Shown piece by piece: positions 30,657 through 40,260 of a stretch of 64,000 nucleotides of DNA (position 1 is its first letter; every line of letters begins with the position of its first letter). A program made the position numbers and the translations under genes. Under the pieces are notes generated by a model that did not search any database, had not been told where the DNA came from, and was given only the letters and a program-made list of their open reading frames with translations. Origin of the DNA: Acidobacteriota bacterium (GTDB taxonomy: Bacteria > Acidobacteriota > UBA890 > WLXD01); assembly GCA_965205505.1 (NCBI GenBank), contig CBDBHB010000006.1, positions 256,001-320,000 of the forward strand. Direction: 5' to 3'.

Positions 30657-31607
30657 TCACCAGTCGCGGTACCGGGTGCCGTCGATCGCTTGCGCGAGGC
30701 TCTTGGAGTAGACATCGAACACGTCCTTGCCACACCACAGGCGGTCGTCGGGCGGCTCACCGTAGCAACGTAAGCCCCACTCCGCCGTGCCGGTGAACGG
30801 GTCCACCGGCAGCCGTCGTAGGAAGACCAGCATGACCGGCTGGCCATCGGGCCCGAGCAGCGGTTGCTGCTGAGCGGCCTGCGTTTGGCCCGCCCCGCCG
30901 AGCAGGCCGGACAGGCCTCCCGCTGCCTGCTGCCCTCCCTGTAGGTTGCTGCCCGGTGCGAACGCGGTCGACCCCGGTCGCTGACCCTGCATCACCGGCC
31001 CGCCTGTCGACCCCGGGGTCCGACCCCCGAGCTGCAGCCCCGACCCGGCAGCCGTCTGCTGTTGGCTGAACGGCCCGCGCCCTGGTCCGGCGGCCGGCCG
31101 CTGGGCGCCGGGAGGGCTCAGCGAGCCGAACCCACCACCGGGCTGCTGCTGTGGCTGGATAGTGCCAAAACCGGTCGGTTGACCCTGCGATCCGGGCAGG
31201 CCCTGGCCGGCGCCCTGGGCCTGCGCGTTGGCCAGCTGTCCTTGGATGCCGCCCGTCAGGCCGGGGCCAGTAGCGGTGTATGCATCGGACACCGCCGGCG
31301 CCAGCGGAGGCATCTGACCAAGCAGCGGCACGCCCTCGAGCAACTGGTCCAGGCTCGGCGGATAGCCTGTATTCCCCTCGTCCACCTGAATCAGTCCGGC
31401 GGCCGCGGCATCACGGTACTGGTCGATGGCGTTGCGCAGGACACGCAGGTTCTGTTGCAACTCGAACTCCCGATTGCGCTTCACGGTCCAGCGTGCGAGC
31501 GGCAGTGCCGCAGACGCAAGAATGCCGACGATGGCAACCACGATCACCAACTCGATGAGCGTGAACCCGCCGGTTGCGCGCGCACGCGTTCGAGGGCGGC
31601 ACCTCAC
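30657..31607 (-). CDS. GspG-like pseudopilin with long Gly/Gln/Pro insertion
   Basis: AGGAGG RBS, GG-FTLIELVIVVAIVGIL, REFELQQNLRVLRNAIDQY, GYPPSLDQLLEGV...FLRRLPVDPFTG, DVFDVYS...DGTRYRDW. Confidence 0.85.
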   Translation of the reverse strand: MRCRPRTRARATGGFTLIELVIVVAIVGILASAALPLARWTVKRNREFELQQNLRVLRNAIDQYRDAAAAGLIQVDEGNTGYPPSLDQLLEGVPLLGQMPPLAPAVSDAYTATGPGLTGGIQGQLANAQAQGAGQGLPGSQGQPTGFGTIQPQQQPGGGFGSLSPPGAQRPAAGPGRGPFSQQQTAAGSGLQLGGRTPGSTGGPVMQGQRPGSTAFAPGSNLQGGQQAAGGLSGLLGGAGQTQAAQQQPLLGPDGQPVMLVFLRRLPVDPFTGTAEWGLRCYGEPPDDRLWCGKDVFDVYSKSLAQAIDGTRYRDW

Positions 31608-31608
31608 G

Positions 31609-33795
31609 TCAATCCTCCTGTGCCTCGACCGCGGCGGCCCGGAACGCCACCGGTTGCGGACGCCCCTCGGAGTCGCGCAGCGCCGCCGAGATGATCTGCA
31701 CCGGCGTCTGACCCACGCCGACAACGCGGAAGTTGAGGGTCGCAAGCACGCCGCGCGCGCGCACTCCCCCCACCTGCCCAACGCGTCCGATCCCGATTGC
31801 CACCGTGCCCTGAGTGGCCGCGCTGCTCGAGAAGGTGGTCTCCGAGCCGTCGGAGCTCAGGAGGTTACCCTCCGTGGCTTCTACAAACTGCAGCACCTGC
31901 GGGTTCCAGTTCACCCGCAGCCCGACGTTGTTGATATCGCCGTCGCCGTCCGTCATGACATCAACGCTCAGCGTCTGGCCCACCTGCGCGTTCTGATCAG
32001 CGGGCATTAGGCTAACGAGAATCGGATCGGTATCGCCGGTCCCGAAATCACCCTCCTCGTCTTGACCTGGCCGACCTCGACCACCGCGTCCGCCGCCGCT
32101 GATCGCGTCCTCGGTGCCAACGTACACCGTTGCGAGGTCGGCCTCGGTGATGTCGGCCATGCGCACGATGTACGGCGTGATCGACATCACGATGTCGGTC
32201 TGCAGAACGGTCTGGGAGGTGCTGCCAAAGAGATGCTTGAGCACCGGAATCTCGGACAGGATCGGCAAGCCCGTGTACACGGTGCGCTCGTCGTCACGGA
32301 GGAGCCCGGCCAGCAAGTTGGTTTCGCCCTCCATCAGGCGCAACGTCGTCGTCAACGTGCGCGCGGTGAACACAGGCTGCTCCAGGACACCGCTGCCCTC
32401 CTGCACCGCCGTTACCTGGAGCACGAGCTGAAGCGTGATCGTGCCGTCGTGATGGACTCGCGGCGTCGCATCGATAACGATGCCGACGTCGCGGTACTCC
32501 GTGGAGGAGATCGGAACCACATTGCCGCCGACAGTGCTCGTGGGATTGAACGTGGTGCTGATGATCGGCCGTTGCTCGCCGACCAGCAGCGACGATATCT
32601 GGCCGTCGGAGGCTCGCAGCTGCGGTTGCGCGATGAGCCGGAACGAGGAGTCCTGCTTCATGAACTGATAGCGCAGCGACGGAATCGTGAGAAAGGCGTT
32701 CTGAGTGGTGAGGCTCCCCAGATCGGCCAATGAGATACCGGCCTCGGTCTGGCCAATCGACGCGGTGGTTGAGTAGTCCGGCTGCAGCGACAGGCCATAG
32801 TCGTCCATCACCGTTCGGTTGACCTCGAAAATCTCCACGTTGAGCAGCACTTCGCCGCCGGCCTTGTCGAGCGACTTGATCATGCGCTCGGCGACCTCGA
32901 CCACGTCCGCGGAGTCGCGGATCGTGACGGCGTTGAGCGCCGGCGTGGGCATGACCTGGCGCGCTCCGAGAATGGTCTGCAACGCGCTAGCGATCTGTTC
33001 CGCGTCGCCATTCGAGAGATAGAACGTGCGCATTACCTGCGGCTCGTACTGCCGCCGCTTCTGCTGCGTGTCTTCGGCGACAAGGATCGCATTGGCCGAC
33101 ATCACCCGGTAGAAGTGGCCGTGCGCTGCGGTCAGAATCTCGAGCGCGCGCTCGTACGTGACGTCGGCGAGAAAGAACGATGTGTTGGGGTTGTCGACGT
33201 CCGGGTCGAACAGCATGTTGATACCGCCCAGACGGCCCATAGCACGGTAGATGTCTTTGATCTTGGCGCGCCGATAGTCGAATGACATCTGGCCGATGGC
33301 GTGATGCTCGAGCTCGGGTAATGGCGGCGGGGCATCCATCGACGCGTCGACCGCCCGTTCGATAGCCGTCCGTTGCTCGCCGCGACTGAGTCGCTCTGCT
33401 TCCCACGCCTCGTTCACCTTGCGCAGCTCGACAGCCGCCGCTTGGTTGGTGCGATCCAGCCGCACAGCGAGCTCGAGCTCAAGCTGTGCACGCTGCAGAT
33501 CGCCGCCCTCGGCCAGCGCCTTCCCGTGAACGCGATGGAACTGTGAGGCATTGGTCTGCGCCAGCAGCAGCTTCGATCTCGCCGTGCGATTGCCGGGATC
33601 GTCCTTGAGCACCCGCTGGTAGTAGGTGATCGCCGTGTCCCACTCGCCGACGCGGGCATGCGCATCGGCTCGATTCAGCGTGCTGCTTCCACTGGCGCAT
33701 GCTGTCGCCCCCACCAGAAGAACGAGCACGCAGATAATCGCGGCCAGATGGCGCCGCCGATCTCTGGTTGTGATCACGTGTTCTTTCAAGCTCAT
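31609..33795 (-). CDS. Secretin (GspD-like) lipoprotein with N-terminal TPR and C-terminal cohesin-like domain
   Basis: LVGATAC lipobox, TPR, RTFYLSN, YRDVGI...PRVH, GETNLLAGL, GLPILSEIP; C-terminal beta-sandwich (WNPQVLQFV...GVLATLNFRV). Confidence 0.9.
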   Translation of the reverse strand: MSLKEHVITTRDRRRHLAAIICVLVLLVGATACASGSSTLNRADAHARVGEWDTAITYYQRVLKDDPGNRTARSKLLLAQTNASQFHRVHGKALAEGGDLQRAQLELELAVRLDRTNQAAAVELRKVNEAWEAERLSRGEQRTAIERAVDASMDAPPPLPELEHHAIGQMSFDYRRAKIKDIYRAMGRLGGINMLFDPDVDNPNTSFFLADVTYERALEILTAAHGHFYRVMSANAILVAEDTQQKRRQYEPQVMRTFYLSNGDAEQIASALQTILGARQVMPTPALNAVTIRDSADVVEVAERMIKSLDKAGGEVLLNVEIFEVNRTVMDDYGLSLQPDYSTTASIGQTEAGISLADLGSLTTQNAFLTIPSLRYQFMKQDSSFRLIAQPQLRASDGQISSLLVGEQRPIISTTFNPTSTVGGNVVPISSTEYRDVGIVIDATPRVHHDGTITLQLVLQVTAVQEGSGVLEQPVFTARTLTTTLRLMEGETNLLAGLLRDDERTVYTGLPILSEIPVLKHLFGSTSQTVLQTDIVMSITPYIVRMADITEADLATVYVGTEDAISGGGRGGRGRPGQDEEGDFGTGDTDPILVSLMPADQNAQVGQTLSVDVMTDGDGDINNVGLRVNWNPQVLQFVEATEGNLLSSDGSETTFSSSAATQGTVAIGIGRVGQVGGVRARGVLATLNFRVVGVGQTPVQIISAALRDSEGRPQPVAFRAAAVEAQED

Positions 33796-34913
33796 CGGTC
33801 TTGCTCCGTTACTCCAGGGTTCTCGTCTCTTCGCAGCGATAGCCGCGTGGTCTCATTGCCGGCTTCCAGCTCTACGCTGGTGAGATCAAGGTGCGCGACG
33901 CGATAGCCATCCGGCAGCAGCTCGCCACGGCGCACTAGCAACACCAGATCGTCGCCACCGCTGAGCGTTGCCAGCAACCCATCACGGGTGCGGGTAACTC
34001 CGATGAGCTGATAAGGGGTCACCGGATCAGGGGTGAACTGGCTGGCGAGCGCCGCTAGGGCTTCCTCCGGATCGGGCTCGGCCGCCGTCACCTGTGTCGG
34101 AAACGCGAAGAGGTTCCGACGCGTCTGCGTCTTGGCGGGCAATGGCGTATCCAGTTGCTCCAATCGAAGCTCGAGCTCCTCCGCCAACAGTGGGATGGCC
34201 GGCAAGCGCTGCAGACGTGACGCCAACGAGCTTGCCAGCGCCAGCGGTTCACCTGTCTCGATCGGCGAGGTGGTGATCATCGACGGTTCCGCACTGTCAT
34301 CGGCGGCTCGCACGAATACCGAGGCTGTCGTCGACAGCAGGAGCTGGCCGGTTGGATCGTTAAACGAAGGCGTGGACGCGCCGATGCGCTCGAGCACCAC
34401 GAACATCGGGCCGGCCAATACCTCGTCGAGAAACCGCCGTAGCTGCCCGTAGCTACCGCGTAGCGGCAGGTCGATCTGCAGTTGCATCAGCCCGAGCTCT
34501 GGCACCGGCTGCACCGCATAGCCGATACGGGCCGCGCCGAGGCCGGCAGCGTCCACTGCCGCGCGTAACGTCGATACGACTTCCGACACGGCGCCGCCTC
34601 CGATGCGTTCGCGAAGCTCTGTGACTTCTGACTCCGCATCCAGCACGCGGCCGTACATGCGGCGTGCACGCTCCAGTGCCGGGCGCAGCGCTGCCTGCGC
34701 GGCAACGCCTTCGCGCGACGCCGTATCGACGGCGGCGATCGAGCTCCAGCGCGGCCAGGTAACTCCCAAGAAAATCGCCAGGTTGGCGGCCAGCAACAGA
34801 ATGACCCCGAGAAGCTGTGGCCGAACGAGGTTCCACCCCGGGCCTAGATCGATCGACAACGAACCGACCTCGGAGCCCAGGCGCAACCACCGCGATCTCC
34901 GGAGTTGGATCAT
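33792..34913 (-). CDS. PilO/GspM-like protein fused to a PilP/GspC-like domain
   Basis: TM, LPLRGSYGQLRRFL (PilO-like), then RRNLFAF...YQLIGV...VRRGELLPDGYRV. Confidence 0.7.
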   Translation of the reverse strand: MIQLRRSRWLRLGSEVGSLSIDLGPGWNLVRPQLLGVILLLAANLAIFLGVTWPRWSSIAAVDTASREGVAAQAALRPALERARRMYGRVLDAESEVTELRERIGGGAVSEVVSTLRAAVDAAGLGAARIGYAVQPVPELGLMQLQIDLPLRGSYGQLRRFLDEVLAGPMFVVLERIGASTPSFNDPTGQLLLSTTASVFVRAADDSAEPSMITTSPIETGEPLALASSLASRLQRLPAIPLLAEELELRLEQLDTPLPAKTQTRRNLFAFPTQVTAAEPDPEEALAALASQFTPDPVTPYQLIGVTRTRDGLLATLSGGDDLVLLVRRGELLPDGYRVAHLDLTSVELEAGNETTRLSLRRDENPGVTEQDR

Positions 34914-35569
34914 TGCGCGTCTCCGGCGATTCCGGAGGATGCCTGCCCGGTAGTTGGGGGGGGTGCCTCGGTGGGCCTCGTCTCCGCATCCGCCTCGGGC
35001 TCACCACGACGTACGTAGAGCGCCCGCAACGTCATCCGCGACGATCCGTCGGGGAGCGTCTCCTCACGGTCTGGCCAGGCCTCTTCAAAGGCAGGGTGTA
35101 ACTCGAGCTCCAGCAACAGGTCCTGCAAGGGGCCTGGGTCAGTCGCAGCGGCGGTCATCTGGATCCGCACCGCCCCGTCGCCATCGATCCCAGGTGCCAC
35201 CACCTCGAGGCGCGCGCGCTGCGGCAGTACCTGCTCAAGATCCGCGAAGATCGAGCGCCAAGGAATGGTCCTCCAGGCGATGAGCTGGTTTCCGCTTTGG
35301 ACGGCCTCGCCAGCCGCACGAGCGCGCTGCACATCGGCAACCGCGGCCAGGCGATCCACCTCCGCCTGCCACTCTGCCAACGTTGACGCGTCGATGGGGG
35401 CCTGTGAAGTCGCTTGCGACACACCTCTTCCGCCCGTTCCCCATCCCAGAAACGCCAGGTGGACCAGGCTCACGATCACCGTCGCCGCCGCTGTATACGC
35501 GACTGCTCGCCGTGCTGCGCGCACCTTCTCGATCGGCTGCGCGGCCAGGTTGATCGGAAAGCGACTCAT
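34910..35569 (-). CDS. PilN/GspL-like protein
   Basis: INLAAQP start, TM, coiled coil, WRSIFADLEQVLP, LELHPAF. Confidence 0.78.
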   Translation of the reverse strand: MSRFPINLAAQPIEKVRAARRAVAYTAAATVIVSLVHLAFLGWGTGGRGVSQATSQAPIDASTLAEWQAEVDRLAAVADVQRARAAGEAVQSGNQLIAWRTIPWRSIFADLEQVLPQRARLEVVAPGIDGDGAVRIQMTAAATDPGPLQDLLLELELHPAFEEAWPDREETLPDGSSRMTLRALYVRRGEPEADAETRPTEAPPPTTGQASSGIAGDAQ

Positions 35570-36477
35570 CCGCGCAACGCTCCGGCCAGTGCTTCCTCGG
35601 GATTCACGCGACGCACCTCCAGGTCGACTGCATCGCAAGCCGCCGCGACCGTTGTCGACCAATCGGCTGTGCCACACAGGCTCACCTGTCCGATAGTCAT
35701 TTCGAGGTGGTCGTTCACGTAGCGTCGCAGCGATGGCAGCTCCTCGGCGACGCGATCGCCGTCGACTCGGGCGCGCCACGCACGGTGGAATCGCGGCACG
35801 CCGCCGGCCTCGAACAGGCAGGCAAGGGTGCCGTCAGCCTCGCACAAGATGAGCCGCCGAGGCGACTCTTCGGCGTCCGCCGATTCGCTCTCGGGTCGCG
35901 TTTTGTCGCTGTCATCGACCGAGGCGGCAGCAAGCGTCCAGGGCACGATACGTCCCACCGTCCATCCGTAAGGATCCACGAGGGCCTCGTACTCCCGCAG
36001 TAATTCTGCATCGCCCCCAACGCTCAGCATCCAGCGGTCGGGCTCGGCGTCGGCGACTCCCGGCGTGGCCATGATCGCCCAATCTACGCGGGCCGCGTCG
36101 GCCTCCACAGGCAGCAGCTCGCGTAGCACCCAGCCGGCCATGCGGTGGCCCTCGGCAGCTCCGGGTGTCTTACCCTCGATCGGTGCTGCTGCAATCTTGA
36201 CCGAGCCATCGGTAATCACCAGTGCGACGAGGTCGGGCCGGCGGCGCAGCAAACCAGCGGCGCGCGCGTCGTCCAGCAGCTCATTCAGGGCCGCCGCAAT
36301 CGCCTGTCGGTCGGCAGAGAGCGGCGCCCGCAGCCCGCCGCGAAGCGCGCCCTTTGGCAACTCGCGCGAGCCACTGTGGGCAACGCTCACGGAGCCGTTT
36401 CCGCGTGCTACCAGCAGGCGCAGTCGGTCCTTCCCGAGACCGACTGCCACCCGTTCTTTGCTCGCCCAGTACGCCAT
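35566..36477 (-). CDS. PilM-like cytoplasmic protein
   Basis: Position between GspE and PilN; actin-like features (RELPKGAL, VALVITD, LREYEAL). Confidence 0.62.
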   Translation of the reverse strand: MAYWASKERVAVGLGKDRLRLLVARGNGSVSVAHSGSRELPKGALRGGLRAPLSADRQAIAAALNELLDDARAAGLLRRRPDLVALVITDGSVKIAAAPIEGKTPGAAEGHRMAGWVLRELLPVEADAARVDWAIMATPGVADAEPDRWMLSVGGDAELLREYEALVDPYGWTVGRIVPWTLAAASVDDSDKTRPESESADAEESPRRLILCEADGTLACLFEAGGVPRFHRAWRARVDGDRVAEELPSLRRYVNDHLEMTIGQVSLCGTADWSTTVAAACDAVDLEVRRVNPEEALAGALRG

Positions 36478-36486
36478 ACCATCGCC

Positions 36487-38124
36487 TCAGTCGACGAACG
36501 TCACCTTGTTGATCTCTTGCAGCGTGGTGAGGCCAGCCTTCACCTTCTCGAGCGCCGAGTCGCGCAGGAACTTGATCCCCTCGCTGGCTGCTTGGCGCCT
36601 GATCTCGGAGGTCGGCCGTCGCTCCAGGATCATCTCCCGCACGGTGTCTGACAGATCCAGAAGCTCGGCAATCACCGTGCGACCGTAGTAGCCCGTATCC
36701 CGGCACTCAGCACAGCCGACACCTTCGTACAACGGCCCGTCCTCGAGATCACGAGGGCTCAGCCCGGAGTCCCGCAACAACGTGGCGCTCGGTTCTACGA
36801 TGCGCTTGCATTGTTTGCAGATCAGTCTGACCAGTCGCTGCGCCAGAACACAGTTGAGTGCCGACACGAACTGGTATTCCTCGACCTCCATGTTCATCAG
36901 GCGGCCGATGACGTCGATGGCGTTGTTCGCGTGGACGGTGGTGAAGACGAGATGACCCGTCAGCGCCGACTGCACGGCGATGTTGGCGGTCTCCGGGTCA
37001 CGGATCTCACCGACCATGATGATGTCGGGATCGTGCCGGAGCACCGATCGGAGACCGCGCGCAAACGTCAGCCCCTTCTTCTCGTTGACCGGAATCTGGG
37101 TGATGCCCGGGAGCTGGTACTCGACCGGGTCCTCGATTGTAATGAGCTTCTGTTCCTCGGTGCGAATCTCCGACAGCGCCGCGTACAGCGTCGTGGTCTT
37201 GCCGGAGCCGGTCGGACCGGTCACCAGGAACATGCCGTATGGCTCACGACTGTACTTGCGGATCTTGAGCATGTCGGCGTCGGTGAAGCCGAGCGTGTCG
37301 AGGCGAAGCTCGGAGAATTCCTCCGCGAGGTACTGCTTGTCGAGAATGCGAATGACCGCGTCCTCGCCGTGGATCGAGGGCATGATCGAAACGCGGAAGT
37401 CAACTTTCCGACCCTGCAGGCTGAGCTTGAAGCGACCGTCCTGAGGGATGCGTTTCTCGGCGATATCGAGATCCGACATGACCTTTACGCGCGAGAGGAT
37501 CGCATCGTGGTGGCGCAGTTCGATGGGGTCCATGGCCGGGTACAGAACGCCGTCAACGCGATACTTGATCCATACCGCGTCGTCGCGTGTCTCGACATGA
37601 ATGTCCGAGGCGCGGCGCTCGATAGCGTTCAACAGCGTCGTATCGACCAGCCGCACGATCGGATGCCCGGCATCTGTGGCCAGGCCCGCCAGCGTCAGGC
37701 TGCCCTCATCCTCGACGTCGGCGACGCCGCTACGCTCGAAGGTCTGCTGAACGGAAGCCAGAATGCGCTCACCAGCGCCGGCGCGGCGGAGCGCGCGCTC
37801 GACCGCATCGGGGGCGGCGGCGCGTACGGCGACTGAGGCGTCGAGAAGACCCTCGAGCGCGTCGAGCGCGGCTACGTCCGCGGGGTCGCACATCGCGATC
37901 GCTAGCGAGTCGTCGTCGGCACGGTGCAGCGGTACGAAGGCGTGCCGCACCATCAGCTCGATCGGAATCTGTGCCAAGAGCGCGCGATCGAGCTGCACAT
38001 CGTCGAGGTCAACGTAGGGAATACCGAGCTCGCTAGCGCGCCGTTCGTACGCTGATAGCAGCTCCGCGCCCCCCTCCCCGGCGAGGGGATCCCGACGCTC
38101 GTGCGGACCCTTCGGCGCGCTCAT
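36487..38124 (-). CDS. GspE/PilB-family secretion ATPase
   Basis: ASDIHVE, PQDGRF, GPTGSGKTT, TIEDPVE, LRHDPD, TGYYGR. Confidence 0.93.
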   Translation of the reverse strand: MSAPKGPHERRDPLAGEGGAELLSAYERRASELGIPYVDLDDVQLDRALLAQIPIELMVRHAFVPLHRADDDSLAIAMCDPADVAALDALEGLLDASVAVRAAAPDAVERALRRAGAGERILASVQQTFERSGVADVEDEGSLTLAGLATDAGHPIVRLVDTTLLNAIERRASDIHVETRDDAVWIKYRVDGVLYPAMDPIELRHHDAILSRVKVMSDLDIAEKRIPQDGRFKLSLQGRKVDFRVSIMPSIHGEDAVIRILDKQYLAEEFSELRLDTLGFTDADMLKIRKYSREPYGMFLVTGPTGSGKTTTLYAALSEIRTEEQKLITIEDPVEYQLPGITQIPVNEKKGLTFARGLRSVLRHDPDIIMVGEIRDPETANIAVQSALTGHLVFTTVHANNAIDVIGRLMNMEVEEYQFVSALNCVLAQRLVRLICKQCKRIVEPSATLLRDSGLSPRDLEDGPLYEGVGCAECRDTGYYGRTVIAELLDLSDTVREMILERRPTSEIRRQAASEGIKFLRDSALEKVKAGLTTLQEINKVTFVD

Positions 38125-39398
38125 CCTACTACCTGCACCGTCTGGAACAATGGCACGTACAGCGACATCAGGATGCCGGCGACGAGCAGGCCCATGCCAA
38201 CGAGCATCGCTGGCTCCACGAGGCTCACAGCGGTCGTCACCTGCCGATCGAGAACCTCGTCGTACGTGGTCGCAACATGGTCGAGCATCTCTTGCAGCGC
38301 ACCCGTTGATTCGCCGACCTGCACCATCTCGAGACCGAGAGGCTCGAGAAGGCCAAGGGTCTCGAAGGCCACATGCAGGCTCGTACCCTGCGTGACCAGC
38401 TCGGACACCTGCACGATCCGGCGGCGAAAGGCACGATTGCTGGTACCGTCGGCCGTCACACGCAGCGCCGCCACGAGCGGGGCACCGCCGCCCAGCAGCG
38501 TCGATAGCGTGCGGGCCATCTCGAGGCCGAAGTAGCGACGTTGCAGCGCGCCGATCATCGGGACACGCAGTTTCATGTCGTCGAGCGACTCTCTCCCGGC
38601 CGGCGTTCGCGCCCAGCGGCGCACCGCCAAGAATCCGACCGCAACGGCACCCGCTAGCAACAGGCCGTAGCGCGAGACGACCCCCGCCAGCCCCATCAGG
38701 GCGCGCGTCGTAAACGGCAGCTCGGCTCCCGACGAGGCATAGAACTCGGCGAACTGCGGAATGACCATCACCAGCAAGATGAGCACGACGACCAGCGATA
38801 CGGCAGCCAGCACCATCGGATACACCATCGCCGCGCGAACGCGCCCGCGAAGCTTCAACGACTTGTCGAGGTGTGCCGTGTAACGCCGGATCGCGCGTGC
38901 CAGGTCGCCGCTCGCCTCCCCGACCTGTAGCGACGTGACAAACAGCTCGGGCAACCGAACCCGATCGATCTCAGGTCGAAACGCGCCGGAGATACCCTCA
39001 CCGCCGGCAAGCAGCCCTCGAACCCTATCGAGCATGCTGCCAACCACCGACCCAGCGCGACGCGCGCGAAGAATATCGACGCATCGAAGCAGCGGTAAGC
39101 CGGCGTTCACCAGCGCCGCGAGCTCCTGGTTCAGCACCAACAGTTCCGCCGGTACCAAGTGTGTCCGTCGACGCCTGAAAAACCGTCGTCCCGAGTTCGC
39201 GGATGCCCCACCCAGCTGAATGGACGCGAGCTTGCGCCACGTCGGCAGGGCGGTGGATGGGCGGCCCTCGACCACGTCGAATATCTCGAGGCCGTCCGCG
39301 GCCAGCTGCTCGCGTGCGGACGCGGCGGAGACCGCAGAGACATGGCGTTCGGTGATGGCGCCATTCGGCGCGCCGACCCGGCAGCAAAACTCAGGCAT
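38121..39398 (-). CDS. GspF/PilC-family platform protein
   Basis: NQELAALVNAGLPL, GEASGDL, GESTGAL, SLYVPLF. Confidence 0.92.
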   Translation of the reverse strand: MPEFCCRVGAPNGAITERHVSAVSAASAREQLAADGLEIFDVVEGRPSTALPTWRKLASIQLGGASANSGRRFFRRRRTHLVPAELLVLNQELAALVNAGLPLLRCVDILRARRAGSVVGSMLDRVRGLLAGGEGISGAFRPEIDRVRLPELFVTSLQVGEASGDLARAIRRYTAHLDKSLKLRGRVRAAMVYPMVLAAVSLVVVLILLVMVIPQFAEFYASSGAELPFTTRALMGLAGVVSRYGLLLAGAVAVGFLAVRRWARTPAGRESLDDMKLRVPMIGALQRRYFGLEMARTLSTLLGGGAPLVAALRVTADGTSNRAFRRRIVQVSELVTQGTSLHVAFETLGLLEPLGLEMVQVGESTGALQEMLDHVATTYDEVLDRQVTTAVSLVEPAMLVGMGLLVAGILMSLYVPLFQTVQVVG

Positions 39399-39413
39399 CG
39401 CGTGGAGCCCTCA

Positions 39414-40178
39414 CTACTCCTGCGGGCCGTCCGCAGGTTCAGTCGCCGGCGCCGCACGGGGGCGCACGGCGATGGCCAGAAACAAACCTCCAGTCTCGAC
39501 TTCGGCGCCGGGGCGCACGCCGACTACGTGGGGATCGCCCGGGGTCAAGGTCATCTCGGAAGCGACCTTCAAACGCTCTTCGCCTTCGAGCCAGACGTTG
39601 CGCAGCTGCAGGGCGCCGTTGTCGGCGTCGACTCCCACCAGTTCGAACGCCAGGGCTCGACTGTTGGAGAGTGGCACCTCGCCGTCGGCCTCCTGTATCT
39701 CCCCGGTCCACTCGCCCACCAGGCCGAAATCTTCGAAGCGCACGAGCGATGCGAGGTCGGCACGCAGATCCGCCAGCCGACTGGCCCCGCCGGCGCCGTC
39801 GACAACCTCCGGGCGCACGTCGGCGGGCGGGGCACCGTCGAATCCGCGAACCAACCGAACGTCGAGCTCCCACACCGATACCAAGGCATCGGCAACAGGT
39901 GCCGGCATCGCGATCAGCGGAGCAGTCTCACCAACCCGGACTGGCTGCCACCAGATCGCGATGGCCACTGCGGCGATCGCCGTGACCGCGCCTGCCAGCT
40001 GCAGCCCAGGGCATCGAGTTGCGGCCGTCAATGGTTGCAAGAGTCGGCTAGCCGTCGCCGGCGACGGTGGCTCCAGACGTGCCTCGATGCGACGCCATAG
40101 TGCTTCGGAGTCCGCCTCCGCCGCACGACTGCGTCGCAGAACACGGAATATTTTCTCGGGACGATACTCGTCGGTCAT
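39414..40178 (-). CDS. Hypothetical single-pass membrane protein (anti-sigma-like N-terminus)
   Basis: AGGAGG RBS, LWRRIEARL then TM AGAVTAIAAVAIAIWW, beta-rich C-domain. Confidence 0.55.
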   Translation of the reverse strand: MTDEYRPEKIFRVLRRSRAAEADSEALWRRIEARLEPPSPATASRLLQPLTAATRCPGLQLAGAVTAIAAVAIAIWWQPVRVGETAPLIAMPAPVADALVSVWELDVRLVRGFDGAPPADVRPEVVDGAGGASRLADLRADLASLVRFEDFGLVGEWTGEIQEADGEVPLSNSRALAFELVGVDADNGALQLRNVWLEGEERLKVASEMTLTPGDPHVVGVRPGAEVETGGLFLAIAVRPRAAPATEPADGPQE

Positions 40179-40260
40179 GAAACTCCTCCTGGCATGTATA
40201 CGGAGCTCGCGGTCGGAGCGTCCAAGACAACCGGCGCTGAGGTGTTCTATGCTGCGGGGG

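Noticed and set aside
39220-40260. 602-aa version of the YdcF gene
   Set aside because: The N-terminal ~345 aa is antisense to the gspF-like gene and 39414-40178 and looks non-coding; the real domain starts near 40261.
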